This document shows, one piece after another, positions 40,482-51,048 of a stretch of DNA of 64,000 nt. A model generated the notes under the pieces. It was given only the letters and a program-made list of their open reading frames with translations, did not search any database and was not told where the DNA came from. Source of the DNA: an uncultured candidate division Zixibacteria bacterium (GTDB lineage Bacteria > Zixibacteria > MSB-5A5 > GN15 > FEB-12). Both the position numbers and the translations under genes were made by a program. Location: the NCBI GenBank assembly GCA_963806185.1, contig CAWDXE010000001.1, forward strand, positions 736,001-800,000, given 5' to 3'. Every line of letters starts with the position of its first letter. Position 1 is the first letter of the stretch.

Positions 40482-41461
40482 TGGAATTGTTGTATCGCCC
40501 CCGGCGACTGCGCCGCAACCCGGTTATTCGCGAGCTGGTTGCTGAAACGACCCTCACCACGCGCGGCATGATTCAACCATATTTCGTTTGCGACGGCAAC
40601 AATGTCAAAGACGAAATCAACGGTTTGCCCGGCATCTATCGCGAGTCAGTCGACTCGCTGGTCAAGTCAATCGCCGATGATCACAAGCTGGGCATACGGA
40701 GCGTCATGCTCTTCGGCGTGACTGACCGCAAAGACGCGCAGGCTCGCACGGCGCACGACGACAAGAATCCGGTCATCCTTGCCACCAGGCAACTCAAGCA
40801 GAAATTCGGCGACGATCTACTGGTCGGTGCTGATGTCTGCCTCTGTGCTTACACTGACACCGGCCACTGCGGCGTCACTGTGGCAGGCGACGTGCATAAC
40901 GACAATTCCGTAGAAGTGCTCACTGAAATGTCGATTCGGCTGGCCAAAGCCGGCGGCGATTGTGTCGCGCCGTCGGACATGATGGATGGCCGCATCGGCT
41001 CCATCCGTGAAGCTCTCGAGGAAGAAGGGCTCACCAACACGCTCATCATGGCCTATACCGCCAAGTATGCCTCGGCCTACTACGGTCCGTTCCGCGAAGC
41101 GGCCAAGTCCGCGCCCGGCAAAGGGGATCGCAAAGGATACCAGATGGATTTCCGCAACCGGACTGAGGCGATGCGGGAGTTGCGTCTCGACGCTGACGAA
41201 GGCGCCGACCTCGTGATGGTTAAGCCTGCTCTTGCCTACCTTGACATCATCTCCGATTTCGCCGCCCACAGCGATCTGCCGGTAGCGGCCTATAACGTTT
41301 CCGGCGAGTATACGTCAGCGAAACTCCTGGCCAAGGCCGGACTGGCGGACGAGAAGTCGATCGTAATCGAGAACCTCACCGCCATCACCCGCGCCGGAGC
41401 CTCGATCATTCTCACCTATCATCTGCGCGACATTCTCAAAAACGGGTGGCTCCATGCATAG
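40481..41461 (+). CDS. hemB: Porphobilinogen synthase (Zn-type)
   Basis: RPRRLR; DVCLCAYTDTGHCG; PSDMMDGR; YYGPFREA; MVKP; YNVSGEY. Confidence 0.97.
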   Translation: MELLYRPRRLRRNPVIRELVAETTLTTRGMIQPYFVCDGNNVKDEINGLPGIYRESVDSLVKSIADDHKLGIRSVMLFGVTDRKDAQARTAHDDKNPVILATRQLKQKFGDDLLVGADVCLCAYTDTGHCGVTVAGDVHNDNSVEVLTEMSIRLAKAGGDCVAPSDMMDGRIGSIREALEEEGLTNTLIMAYTAKYASAYYGPFREAAKSAPGKGDRKGYQMDFRNRTEAMRELRLDADEGADLVMVKPALAYLDIISDFAAHSDLPVAAYNVSGEYTSAKLLAKAGLADEKSIVIENLTAITRAGASIILTYHLRDILKNGWLHA

Positions 41462-42749
41462 CACCGAGAAATCGCAGAAGATTATGACCCTCACATCGCG
41501 CGTCATCCCCGGCGGCGTCAACTCACCCGTCCGCGCGTTCAAATCTGTCGGCGGCACACCCCGGGTTATCGACCGAGGTGAAGGCGCCTATCTGTATGAC
41601 GTCGACGGCAACAAGTATCTCGACTTCTGCTGCTCCTGGGGGCCGCTCATTCTCGGGCACGGCGATCCGGATGTGGTCGCTGCCGTCAAAACACAGGTCG
41701 ATCGCGGCATGACCTTTGGCGCCTCAACCGAACTCGAGTATCAACTGGCCGAGTTTATCGTCGCTCACGTCGAGCCGGTCGAGAAGATACGCTTCGTTTC
41801 CTCTGGCACCGAGGCGGTCATGTCCGCTATACGGCTGGCCCGCGGTTTCACCAAACGCGATCTTATTCTCAAATTCGACGGCTGCTACCACGGCCACAGC
41901 GATCACCTGTTGGTGAAAGCCGGTTCAGGTCTGGTGACTTTCGGCAATCCGTCATCTGCTGGCGTTCCCGAGGCAATTACCAGTAACACCGCTGTCCTGC
42001 CGCTCGACGATGAGGACGCCCTTGAGAAATTTTTCGCCCAGCACGGTGATCGTCTCGCAGCCGTTATCATCGAAGGCATACCCGCCAACAACGGTCTCTT
42101 GATTCAACGTCATGATTATATGCGCCTCTTGCGCGCCCTCACTGAAAAAGTAGGCGCACTGTTGATTCTCGACGAGGTCATAACCGGCTTCCGCCTCGGT
42201 TTTGGCGGCGCCACCGCCTATTACGGCATTCGTCCCGATCTCGTCACCTACGGCAAAGTCATCGGTGGCGGTATGCCGGTCGGCGCCTTTGGCGGCCGTG
42301 CCGACATTATGGATTTGCTCTCCCCGCTCGGCCCGGTCTATCAGGCCGGTACGCTGTCCGGGAATCCGGTCGCTATGACCGCAGGCTTGACCACTCTCAG
42401 GAAACTGGCCGACGGAAGGATATACGCCCACCTCGAGTCGCTCAACCGCCGCTTCGTATCCACTCTCATGGGCAAGGTGGCAAATCACACTGTCAACGTC
42501 GCCGGTGTCGGCTCGATCTACTGGATCGTATTTCAGAAAGATCTTCCCCGCGCGGCTCACGCGATCAGCACCGACGGCATCGGCCACTACAACCGGATGC
42601 ACGACCGCATCCTGCAAGCCGGCATCTATCTGCCGCCCTCAGGCTACGAAGTCTGCTTCCTTTCGGCCGCTATGAATGAGGCGGTGCTCGATCAGGCTGC
42701 GGATACGCTGGCCGCAGGAATCCGTCAGGAGGCTCACGTATGGGCATGA
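41454..42749 (+). CDS. hemL: Glutamate-1-semialdehyde 2,1-aminomutase
   Basis: PGGVNSPVRAF; SWGPLILGH; SGTEA; DEVITGFR; GKVIGGGMP; QAGTLSGNP. Confidence 0.97.
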   Translation: MHSTEKSQKIMTLTSRVIPGGVNSPVRAFKSVGGTPRVIDRGEGAYLYDVDGNKYLDFCCSWGPLILGHGDPDVVAAVKTQVDRGMTFGASTELEYQLAEFIVAHVEPVEKIRFVSSGTEAVMSAIRLARGFTKRDLILKFDGCYHGHSDHLLVKAGSGLVTFGNPSSAGVPEAITSNTAVLPLDDEDALEKFFAQHGDRLAAVIIEGIPANNGLLIQRHDYMRLLRALTEKVGALLILDEVITGFRLGFGGATAYYGIRPDLVTYGKVIGGGMPVGAFGGRADIMDLLSPLGPVYQAGTLSGNPVAMTAGLTTLRKLADGRIYAHLESLNRRFVSTLMGKVANHTVNVAGVGSIYWIVFQKDLPRAAHAISTDGIGHYNRMHDRILQAGIYLPPSGYEVCFLSAAMNEAVLDQAADTLAAGIRQEAHVWA

Positions 42750-43768
42750 ATGAGACACCGTTCATCAAAGCCTGCTGGCGCAAGAACGACGGCCAGATTC
42801 CAGTATGGATTATGCGCCAGGCCGGGCGTTACCTTCCCGAGTACCGGGCTATCCGCGAACGCGTGAGCTTTCTGCAGTTGTGCAAGACGCCCAGTCTCAT
42901 CGCTGAAGTCGCTCGTCAGCCCGTTCACCGGTTCGGTCTTGATGCGGCCATTCTCTTTTCCGATATCCTCACTTTGCTTGAACCGATGGGTGTCACCGTT
43001 ACTTTCCCCGACACCGGCGGTCCCACCCTTGGCAACGGCGTCAGCACGCCGGCCGACGTTGACCGACTCACTGACGTCGATATCAGCGCCAGTTTCCCGT
43101 TTGTTGTCAACGGCCTCAGGGAAATCAAGAAGGTCCTGCCCGATACTCCGCTCATCGGCTTTGCCGGCTCGCCGTTTACGCTCGCCTGCTACTTGATTCA
43201 GGGCAAGGGATCGCATACGTTTGACAAGCCCAAGCAGTTCATCCACAAGTACCCTGCCGCCGCCGAAAAATTGATCAATCTGTTGACCGACATCACCGCC
43301 CGTTATCTCGACGCTCAAATCGAGGCCGGCGCCGATGCCGTTCAGATCTTTGACAGTTGGGGAGGCGTTCTCTCCAAAGACGACTATGTCGACTGGTCCG
43401 CCCGCGCCAGCAATGAAATATTCGGCCGGTTGAAATCGCGCGGCGTTCCTCGTATCTTGTTTGTGAATAACATCGCTCCATATTTGAACGTCGTGAGTGA
43501 TATCGATTGCGACGTGGTCGGCGTCGACTACCGCATCGATTTGGCCGAGGCTGCCGCCGCTTTGCCCGACAAGGCCCTGCAGGGAAATCTCGATCCCACC
43601 GTGCTTTTCGGTACTCGCCAACACGTGATCGAGCGGACTCTGGACATTCTCGAATCGCTGGAACGACACGACAATCTGATTTTCAACCTCGGCCATGGAA
43701 TCCTTCCGGAAACACCGGTCGAATCGGTCGAGGCAATTGTGGAAACGGTGCACCAATACCGGAGATAA
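42740..43768 (+). CDS. hemE: Uroporphyrinogen decarboxylase
   Basis: PVWIMRQAGRYLPEY; DAAILFSDI; QIFDSW; QGNLDP; FNLGHGI. Confidence 0.97.
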   Translation: MGMNETPFIKACWRKNDGQIPVWIMRQAGRYLPEYRAIRERVSFLQLCKTPSLIAEVARQPVHRFGLDAAILFSDILTLLEPMGVTVTFPDTGGPTLGNGVSTPADVDRLTDVDISASFPFVVNGLREIKKVLPDTPLIGFAGSPFTLACYLIQGKGSHTFDKPKQFIHKYPAAAEKLINLLTDITARYLDAQIEAGADAVQIFDSWGGVLSKDDYVDWSARASNEIFGRLKSRGVPRILFVNNIAPYLNVVSDIDCDVVGVDYRIDLAEAAAALPDKALQGNLDPTVLFGTRQHVIERTLDILESLERHDNLIFNLGHGILPETPVESVEAIVETVHQYRR

Positions 43769-43770
43769 CC

Positions 43771-45168
43771 ATGCACGGCGAACAGTCCGCCACTACCGTC
43801 CCAGTTGAACTGCTGAAGAAATACGACCGCTCCGGGCCGCGCTACACCAGCTATCCCACCGTCCCGATCTGGTCGGACAAAACCGGACCGGTCGACTATG
43901 CCGAGGCATTGCGCAATGCCTCGCAACATACCGCCACACCGCTGGCACTCTATTGCCACATCCCGTTCTGCAGACACCGCTGTTACTACTGCGGCTGCAA
44001 TACGGTCATCACCAATAGCCAGACGCGCATTGAATCGTACATCGAAACTCTCGTGAAGGAGATCGACAACACGGCTGAACTTCTTGGCGGGCGCAACAAA
44101 GTGAGTCAACTGCATTTCGGCGGCGGCACCCCCACTTTCATCGACACCTCCGGTCTCGCCATCGTCCTCCAGGCCCTTGATAAACGATTCACGTTCACGG
44201 CCAACTGCGAACGATCGATGGAGATCGACGCCCGCGTCACCACCAACAAGCAAATTGACTTTCTGGCCGCCTGCGGCTTCAATCGCCTTTCCATCGGCGT
44301 ACAGGATTTTGACCCCATCGTCCAGCAGGCTGTCGGCCGAGTGCAGGGCGAGGAGGAAATCGTCCGCATCCTCGACCGGGCCCGCCAACTGCATTTTTCC
44401 GGAATCAACTTCGATCTGATCTACGGCCTCCCTCGGCAAACTTTGGAAGGCTTCAGCGCCACAATCGACAAGACGATCGCCCTGCGTCCCGATCGGATCG
44501 CCCTCTATTCCTTTGCCTACCTGCCGGGGCAGATGGCACACCAATCAAAGATTCGCCTCGAGGACTTACCCGCCACCGAACTGAAATACCGCCTCTTCGC
44601 GACGGCGATTGAGAAATTCACCGCTGCCGGCTACCGCCAGATCGGCATGGATCACTTTGCTCTGCCGGACGATGAACTGTCGGTCGCACAGTCCGACGGA
44701 CGCCTCTTCCGTAACTTTATGGGGTATACTGTTCAGGCAGCGCCTGAGATGATCGGCCTTGGCATGTCGGCGATCGGTTACATCGACGAGGCCTTTTTCC
44801 AGAATCATCACAAACTCGATTCCTATCAGAACTCAATTGCGCAGGATAAATTTGCCATCTTCCGGGGCCTGAAATTGACGCCCGATGACCTGATTCGCCA
44901 GTACCTCATCACCCAGCTCATGTGCAATTTCCAGGTCCGGTTCTCCGAGCTGGCCGCCAGATTCGGCGTGCAGTACAACGAATACTTCGCCGATGAGCAC
45001 AGCCGCCTGAATGAGTTTTTCGACGATCACCTTCTGCGCGAGGTGCCCGGCGGTCTGGAGATCACGCCACTTGGACGGACCTTCGTTCGGAATATGGCGA
45101 TGACGTATGATTCCTATTTTAACCGCAACCAGTCGGGCAAGCAGCCGACTTTTTCGCGGACAATCTGA
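43771..45168 (+). CDS. hemN: Oxygen-independent coproporphyrinogen III oxidase (radical SAM)
   Basis: GPRYTSYP; HIPFCRHRCYYCGC; GGGTP; IGMDHF; RNFMGY. Confidence 0.95.
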   Translation: MHGEQSATTVPVELLKKYDRSGPRYTSYPTVPIWSDKTGPVDYAEALRNASQHTATPLALYCHIPFCRHRCYYCGCNTVITNSQTRIESYIETLVKEIDNTAELLGGRNKVSQLHFGGGTPTFIDTSGLAIVLQALDKRFTFTANCERSMEIDARVTTNKQIDFLAACGFNRLSIGVQDFDPIVQQAVGRVQGEEEIVRILDRARQLHFSGINFDLIYGLPRQTLEGFSATIDKTIALRPDRIALYSFAYLPGQMAHQSKIRLEDLPATELKYRLFATAIEKFTAAGYRQIGMDHFALPDDELSVAQSDGRLFRNFMGYTVQAAPEMIGLGMSAIGYIDEAFFQNHHKLDSYQNSIAQDKFAIFRGLKLTPDDLIRQYLITQLMCNFQVRFSELAARFGVQYNEYFADEHSRLNEFFDDHLLREVPGGLEITPLGRTFVRNMAMTYDSYFNRNQSGKQPTFSRTI

Positions 45169-46127
45169 TGCCTGAACAGTCTCCAAAAGCCTGTGTGATC
45201 CTTCTCGGCATGGGAGGGCCGTCGTCGCTTGCCGATATTCGCCGCTTCCTGATCAACATCTTCTCCGACCGTTCTATTATCCGCCTTCCCGGGGGAGCGC
45301 TTCTGCAAAAACCGTTCGCCCACATGATAGCTGCACTACGCACGAAGAAGGTCCAAGCTCATTACGACATGATCGGTGGTTCTTCACCGCTACTCAAATG
45401 GACTGAATCACAATTAGGACATATTGAGAAACTGATGCGGCCGGAGATTGCCAAATTTCGCGGCTATGTCGGGATGCGATATTTCCATCCCCTCACTGAA
45501 GTCGCTGTACGGCAGGCGTACGATGACGGGTATCGCGTCATGTACTTCCTCCCCATGTACCCGCAGTATTGTCGCGCAACTACCGGCTCATCGTTCGAGG
45601 CCGTCAGCCGGGCGCTGCGCGGCTTGGGTGGTGTGACCCCCATCTTTATCAAGGACTTTCACGATCATCCCGGCTATATCACCTTGCTGCGCGAATACAT
45701 TGACAGGCACATTCAGCCGGATGAGACCCTGCTTTTTTCTGCGCATTCGATACCGCAGAAATTTGTCGACGAGGGCGACCCGTATGTCGATCAGGTGCGA
45801 CGAACCGCCGCTCTCGCCGCCGGTAAACGAGTCTATCATGTATCATTCCAGAGTCGCACCGGTCCGGTCAATTGGGTTGGTCCGGACACCGTCGGCGAAT
45901 CGAAACGCCTGCTTGGTGAGGGGCATCGCCTTTTCATCGTCCCCATCAGCTTTGTCTGCGATCACATCGAAACACTTTATGAAATCGATATCGAGCTCCC
46001 TGAGATACTCAGGCGTCAGGGTGTTGAGCCAAGCATTCGTCGCATGCCGATGTTCAACGACGATCCCCGCTTCGGCGAGGCGCTGGCCGATCTGGTGCGT
46101 GAACGGATGGTGACCCATGCCCGTTAA
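45168..46127 (+). CDS. hemH: Ferrochelatase (protoporphyrin-type)
   Basis: LGMGGP; IGGSSPL; GMRYFHP; FSAHSIP; SFQSR; FVCDHIETLYEID. Confidence 0.95.
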   Translation: MPEQSPKACVILLGMGGPSSLADIRRFLINIFSDRSIIRLPGGALLQKPFAHMIAALRTKKVQAHYDMIGGSSPLLKWTESQLGHIEKLMRPEIAKFRGYVGMRYFHPLTEVAVRQAYDDGYRVMYFLPMYPQYCRATTGSSFEAVSRALRGLGGVTPIFIKDFHDHPGYITLLREYIDRHIQPDETLLFSAHSIPQKFVDEGDPYVDQVRRTAALAAGKRVYHVSFQSRTGPVNWVGPDTVGESKRLLGEGHRLFIVPISFVCDHIETLYEIDIELPEILRRQGVEPSIRRMPMFNDDPRFGEALADLVRERMVTHAR

Positions 46128-47487
46128 GGATGTTGTCATCGTCGGCGGCGGCATTTCCGGCCTGTCCGCCCTCCATTACATTCGCACGCTCAAACCCAAT
46201 TACTCAGTCACCCTCTACGAGGCCGAATCGCGTCTGGGCGGGACCATCGGTACCGATCATATCGACGGCTTCAGTTACGACTGGGGTCCCAATGGATTTT
46301 TGGATCGCGAGCCGCTCACTCTGCAGCTCTGCAAAGAACTTGGCCTCACCAATCAGCTCGAACGCGCCAATGCCAACGTCTCCAATCGCTTTATTCTCCG
46401 TGGCAACAAATTGCGAGCCGTCCCGATGACTCCGTTGGCTTTCCTGAAATCCGACATCCTCAGTTGGCCCGGCAAGCTGCGCATTCTGAAGGAACCGTTT
46501 GCCGCCAAAGCCCCAGTCGGTGTTGACGAGTCGATTTACGACTTCGGCCATCGGCGCATCGGCCGCGAAGCCGCGGATTACCTGATTCAGCCAATGGTAT
46601 CCGGCATTTATGGCGGCGTTGCCGGCCGCATGTCATTGGCTTCATGCTTCCCCACCATGCGTGAGATGGAAGTCGAATACGGCTCGCTTTTCAAAGCGAT
46701 GATCGCCAAAGCGAAAAAGGCCAAAGTCGAGGGAAAGAAATCCGGCGGCCCTGCCGGACCTGGCGGCTGGCTCACCTCGTTCTATGGCGGCCTGGAGCAA
46801 ATCATCAAACGGTTTCATGAATTGTACGACAGCCACATTGTCACGGGTAATGGCGTGAATTCAATCACCCGTCAGTATGGTAACTTTCTAGTTCAGTTGG
46901 CCAACGGCGAGTCAATCGAAACCCGTCAGGTGATCGTTGCCACACCGTCGTACCAGGCCGCGTCAATTATTCGGCCTGCCGGTGCCGCTCTTGCTGAAGC
47001 TCTTGCCTCCATCCCGTACGCTCCGATTGCGGTTGTCTGCCTCGGCTTTCCTGCAGGAGCCGTGCGGCATTCGTTGAACGGCTTCGGCTTTCTTGTTCCG
47101 TCCAGGGAAAATCGCCGCATCCTCGGCTCGATCTGGACCTCGTCGATTTTCAAAGACCGTGCCCCGCAAGGCTCTGTCCAGCTCCGCTGTATGGTTGGGG
47201 GTGATGGTGATCATGACTCGGCCAATCTGGCGGAAGAAGAGTTGATCAGGACCGTGCTGAAAGACCTTGACGATATCCTCGGCATCGACGGCGATCCCCA
47301 AAGCCTCAAGATCTATCGCTGGACACATGGTATACCGCAGTACCGCGTCGGTCACGGTGCAATTCTGAAGAAGATCGAGTCTCAACTTGGGACAATCCGG
47401 GGTCTGCACCTCGCCGGGAACGCCTACTATGGCATCGGTCTCAACGATTGCGTCAAGCAGGCGTACAAAATCGCCCTCAACACCTGA
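46117..47487 (+). CDS. hemY: HemY-type FAD-dependent protoporphyrinogen oxidase
   Basis: VGGGISGL; GPNGF; GFGFLVP; IPQY; GIGLNDC. Confidence 0.93.
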   Translation: MPVKDVVIVGGGISGLSALHYIRTLKPNYSVTLYEAESRLGGTIGTDHIDGFSYDWGPNGFLDREPLTLQLCKELGLTNQLERANANVSNRFILRGNKLRAVPMTPLAFLKSDILSWPGKLRILKEPFAAKAPVGVDESIYDFGHRRIGREAADYLIQPMVSGIYGGVAGRMSLASCFPTMREMEVEYGSLFKAMIAKAKKAKVEGKKSGGPAGPGGWLTSFYGGLEQIIKRFHELYDSHIVTGNGVNSITRQYGNFLVQLANGESIETRQVIVATPSYQAASIIRPAGAALAEALASIPYAPIAVVCLGFPAGAVRHSLNGFGFLVPSRENRRILGSIWTSSIFKDRAPQGSVQLRCMVGGDGDHDSANLAEEELIRTVLKDLDDILGIDGDPQSLKIYRWTHGIPQYRVGHGAILKKIESQLGTIRGLHLAGNAYYGIGLNDCVKQAYKIALNT

Positions 47488-47517
47488 TCGCAGCACCTCG
47501 CCAATGGAAATCGAAAA

Positions 47518-47546
47518 GGCCCTGCGGGCATTCAGCCGGCAGGGCC
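47518..47546. terminator. Hairpin between convergent hemY and qNor
   Basis: ggccctgc...gcagggcc stem preceded by gaaaa (U-tract on the minus strand). Confidence 0.55.
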
Positions 47547-47567
47547 CCTCTTGGATTCAATGATTGA

Positions 47568-49869
47568 CTACCGGCCTGTGCGAGGCCCGGCTGCAGGCGT
47601 CCCCGGATTATCCGGGATCAGGTCACCTTTGGCGGTCCGCTTCAGCGAATGCCCGGTCGCCAGACCAAAGATAAACAGCGCCATCGTAACTGCGCCGACG
47701 GCAAAGATCGTGTCGCCGATCGCTCGCAGCCATTTAAACACCATCACTGCTGGTGAGTAGAGAAACTCTCCGGATCGGGCGAACCAGTAGCCATGCTGCA
47801 CCGACGCCCAGGTCTGCATGAAACCCACGGGTAGGACGCTCAACAGAACCATGAGGAGCAAACCGCCGTTAATACTCCAGAATGCAAACCTGATCACGTT
47901 GTCCTTCCACTCGCTGCGCACATAGAGCACGCGCAGACAGAAGAGCATGAGTCCAAGACCCAGCGTCCCGTACACCCCGTACAGGGCCGTATGGGCGTGA
48001 ACCGGTGTCGTGTTCAGTCCCTGCATGTAGTAGAGCGCGATCGGCGGGTTAATCATGAATCCAAACAGCCCTGCGCCGACCATGTTCCAAAATGCCACGG
48101 CCACAAAAAAGTAGATCGGCCACTTGTACTTCTGGACCCATGGCGTCGAACGCGCCAGTCGAATATTGTCCCAGGCCTCGAACCCGATAATCGTCAACGG
48201 CACAACTTCAAGCGCACTGAATACCGCCCCCAGTGCCATCACCGCCGTCGGCGTACCCGAGAAATACAGGTGATGAAGTGTGCCGATGATCCCACCGGTA
48301 AGAAAGATCGTCGTTGAGAACAGCACCGATGCATTCGCGGTCGACAACCTGATCAACTGCAGTCGTGCGAAGAGGAAGGCGATCACCACCGTGGCGAAGA
48401 CCTCAAAGAACCCTTCCACCCAAAGGTGAACCACCCACCACCGCCAGTACTCGACTATTGAAAGGTGTGTATTCTTGCCGTACATCAGTCCGGCCATGTA
48501 GAAATGCGCCGATAGCGATCGACGATATCAGGAACATCGTCATCAACGGCTTTTGCGGCCCCCCCTGTTTGATTGCCGCCACGATGCAGCGGCCTACCAT
48601 GAAAACCCAGAGCACCAGCCCGATCAACAGGAAGACCTGCCAGAATCGGCCGAGATCGATATACTCGTACCCCTGATGGCCGAACATGAACGAGGCATCC
48701 GCCGATAATTTCTGTTTCACACTCAGCCACTCGCCGGCCATCGATCCCAGGACAATCACCAGCAAAGCGGTGAACAGGAAATTCACGCCAAACCGCTGAA
48801 ATTTCGGCTCACTGCCGGACACCGCCGGGCCTATGTAAAGTCCTGCTGCCAGCCAGGCCGTGGCTATCCAGAAAATCCCCAGTTGGGTGTGCCAGGTACG
48901 GGCAACCGAGTACGGAAGATACTGCGCCAGCGGTATGCCGTAGAATCCGTCCCCCTCAACACCGTAGTGCGCGACGATCACTCCCATCACGATCTGAAGG
49001 AGGAACAGTCCGGACACCACCCAGAAGTATTTGACTACTGCCTTTTGTGATGGCGTCGGTTTGAAGGCGATCAACGGATCATCGCCGGGTATTCGTTCCG
49101 CCAGCGGTTCCTTCGCCTGCGAGGCATGATACCAGACCAACAGTCCGACGCCGGCCAGCAGCATGATGATTGAAAATCCGGTCCAGATGATCGCGTCGCT
49201 GGTCGGCTCATTCCCCACCAGGGACTCGTGGGGCCAGTTTGACGTATAGCTGATATCCTCACCGGGGCGGTTGGTTGACGCTGCCCACGATGACCAGAAA
49301 TAGAAAGCCGTCAGCTGGCGCAGCTTCTCCGGATTGTTCAACGTGCCGGCCGGGATGGCCGCCCGCGTATCCCCCTTCGAGTACACCTCGGTGTAATGAT
49401 TGAAGTTCGCTTCAAAGGCCTCTGCCCGCACCGGATCAAGCACCAGTCGATTGGTGCTCGCATCGTAGGTGTTCGTACGCATCAGCTTCTTTAACCGCGC
49501 TGCATACACCGCCTTCTGATCATCCGACAGTTGATCGTACGGTTTGCCGTCGCTTTCGTTCGCCCAACGGTCCAGTATATAGGTAGCTTCCCGGTGAAGG
49601 TAATCGGCCGACCAATCGGGCGCCACATAACTGCCGTGACCCCAGACTGAACCCTGCTCCATTCCTCCCATGGCCTGCCAGACATTCTGCCCTACCGTGA
49701 TCTGGCCGGAACCGATAATCACCCGACCATCGCTGGTTACCACCTGATCCGGAATCGGCGGCTTCTCCTGATATATCCTGAGGCCCGCCCATCCCAGAAC
49801 GAGAAATGAGGTCACTACGACCACGGCAAAGGCTAACCAGTACTTGCGAAGATTCTGCTGTTGAACCAT
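47568..49869 (-). CDS. norB: Quinol-dependent nitric oxide reductase (qNor), split by a +1 indel at about 48502-48504
   Basis: GSVWGHGSYVAPDWSAD, RTWHTQ, EYIDLGR, WWVVHLWVEGFFEVF, GTLHH, HAHTALYG; removing one T fuses the two ORFs as GAFYMAGLMYG. Confidence 0.93.
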
Positions 49870-49895
49870 GACGAGTCTCTCCAATCCCTCTCTGC

Positions 49896-50522
49896 TTACC
49901 GCGTTGGCGATGTTTGGTGAGCGCAGCCACAGCCACCCGGGCCATGGACTGGAGTCAAGTGTGTGTGCGGGACATTATACTTCTTCGCCAGGGCAAAGGC
50001 CAGATCCAGAAACTTCTCGTGCGTGCCCACACCCATGTGATCGGTCTCGACATGGTCAAATTTCGCGTTCACCTGCGCCACATCGGCTTCGCTCATGACC
50101 CGATCTGCCATCGGAAACAGAATATTGTCTTCCTTAAAAATGTGCCCTCGAAGAAGCGTGACATATCCGCGGGCGTTTCCCGTAAAGGTATCAATCGCTT
50201 CTTTTTCCCCTTCCGCAGCCGCGGCAATTGCACCGGCCATCCCGCGCACAAATTCCCGCCCCATCTCATGCTCGTGCAGCATGACGGCAATCGGGCCACC
50301 TTCGGCCGGTATGCCTTTCTCGATCAACGCCGGAAAGAGTTGCCCTTCTTCCTTTCCGTGATGACAACCATCCGCAAATGTCTTTATGAAATTGACCGCA
50401 TCAAGCGCGGCCTGCTGGTCAAGCTTCCCTGTTTCTTCAGCCTGATCGGCAATGGCATCCAGGCAATCGAGCACCACTTCGATGACTCGGTGTTCTGATT
50501 TCAGTACGTCAGTCGGTTTCAT
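49896..50522 (-). CDS. Hemerythrin (HHE cation-binding) domain protein
   Basis: EHRVI; HHGKEE..LFP; EHEMGR; HIFKEDNILFPMA. Confidence 0.9.
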   Translation of the reverse strand: MKPTDVLKSEHRVIEVVLDCLDAIADQAEETGKLDQQAALDAVNFIKTFADGCHHGKEEGQLFPALIEKGIPAEGGPIAVMLHEHEMGREFVRGMAGAIAAAAEGEKEAIDTFTGNARGYVTLLRGHIFKEDNILFPMADRVMSEADVAQVNAKFDHVETDHMGVGTHEKFLDLAFALAKKYNVPHTHLTPVHGPGGCGCAHQTSPTR

Positions 50523-50580
50523 TGTTTCTCCCTTGTATTAACTAATCACATGTAAATATCTTATTATATGTCAAAAAAAC

Positions 50581-50997
50581 TCATTCGGACCTGAGGCTAG
50601 CTTTCTTTGCCGCGAGGTCGGCCACAGTAGTCTCCTTGAGAAACCGTAAGTACTTTTCCCGTATATCTTTCCACTGATGATGCACGGCGCACGGCTGACC
50701 GTCCCGACAATTTCCGCCCATAAAGCAATTCCCCCAGCGACTTACCTTATCAATTGGCTCTACAATATCGAAGAGCGATATCTTTGCGGCAGGTTTGGCC
50801 AATCTGAAGCCACCGTTAAAGCCCTTTTGTGATTCAAGTAATCCATTCTCCGCCAATATCTTAAGTAGCTTCCCCAGGTAGTTTTGGGGAGCCCTTATCT
50901 CCTTGGCAATGAAGGCCGCTCCAGCGTATTCCTGGGGCGCCAGTCCGGCCAGAAGGCTTAGGGCGAGCGAAGCGTGTATGCTGGTCTTGGATATCAT
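50581..50997 (-). CDS. Rrf2-family Fe-S transcriptional regulator (NsrR-like by context)
   Basis: YLGKLL; SQKGFNGGFRLA; ISLFDIV; C-x5-C-x5-C (CFMGGNCRDGQPC). Confidence 0.9.
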   Translation of the reverse strand: MISKTSIHASLALSLLAGLAPQEYAGAAFIAKEIRAPQNYLGKLLKILAENGLLESQKGFNGGFRLAKPAAKISLFDIVEPIDKVSRWGNCFMGGNCRDGQPCAVHHQWKDIREKYLRFLKETTVADLAAKKASLRSE

Positions 50998-51019
50998 ATT
51001 TAAGCTCTTTTCACATGTT

Positions 51020-51048
51020 TTTATACGATTACTTATCGGAAAAGTCAA
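51020..51048 (-). promoter_or_regulatory. sigma70 promoter of the rrf2 gene
   Basis: Minus strand TTGACT-17 nt-TATAAA. Confidence 0.65.

Noticed and set aside
48490..48510. Programmed ribosomal frameshift or a natural two-subunit qNor
   Set aside because: No slippery heptamer or downstream structure seen; one extra base in a short run explains it, and similar indels hit housekeeping genes.
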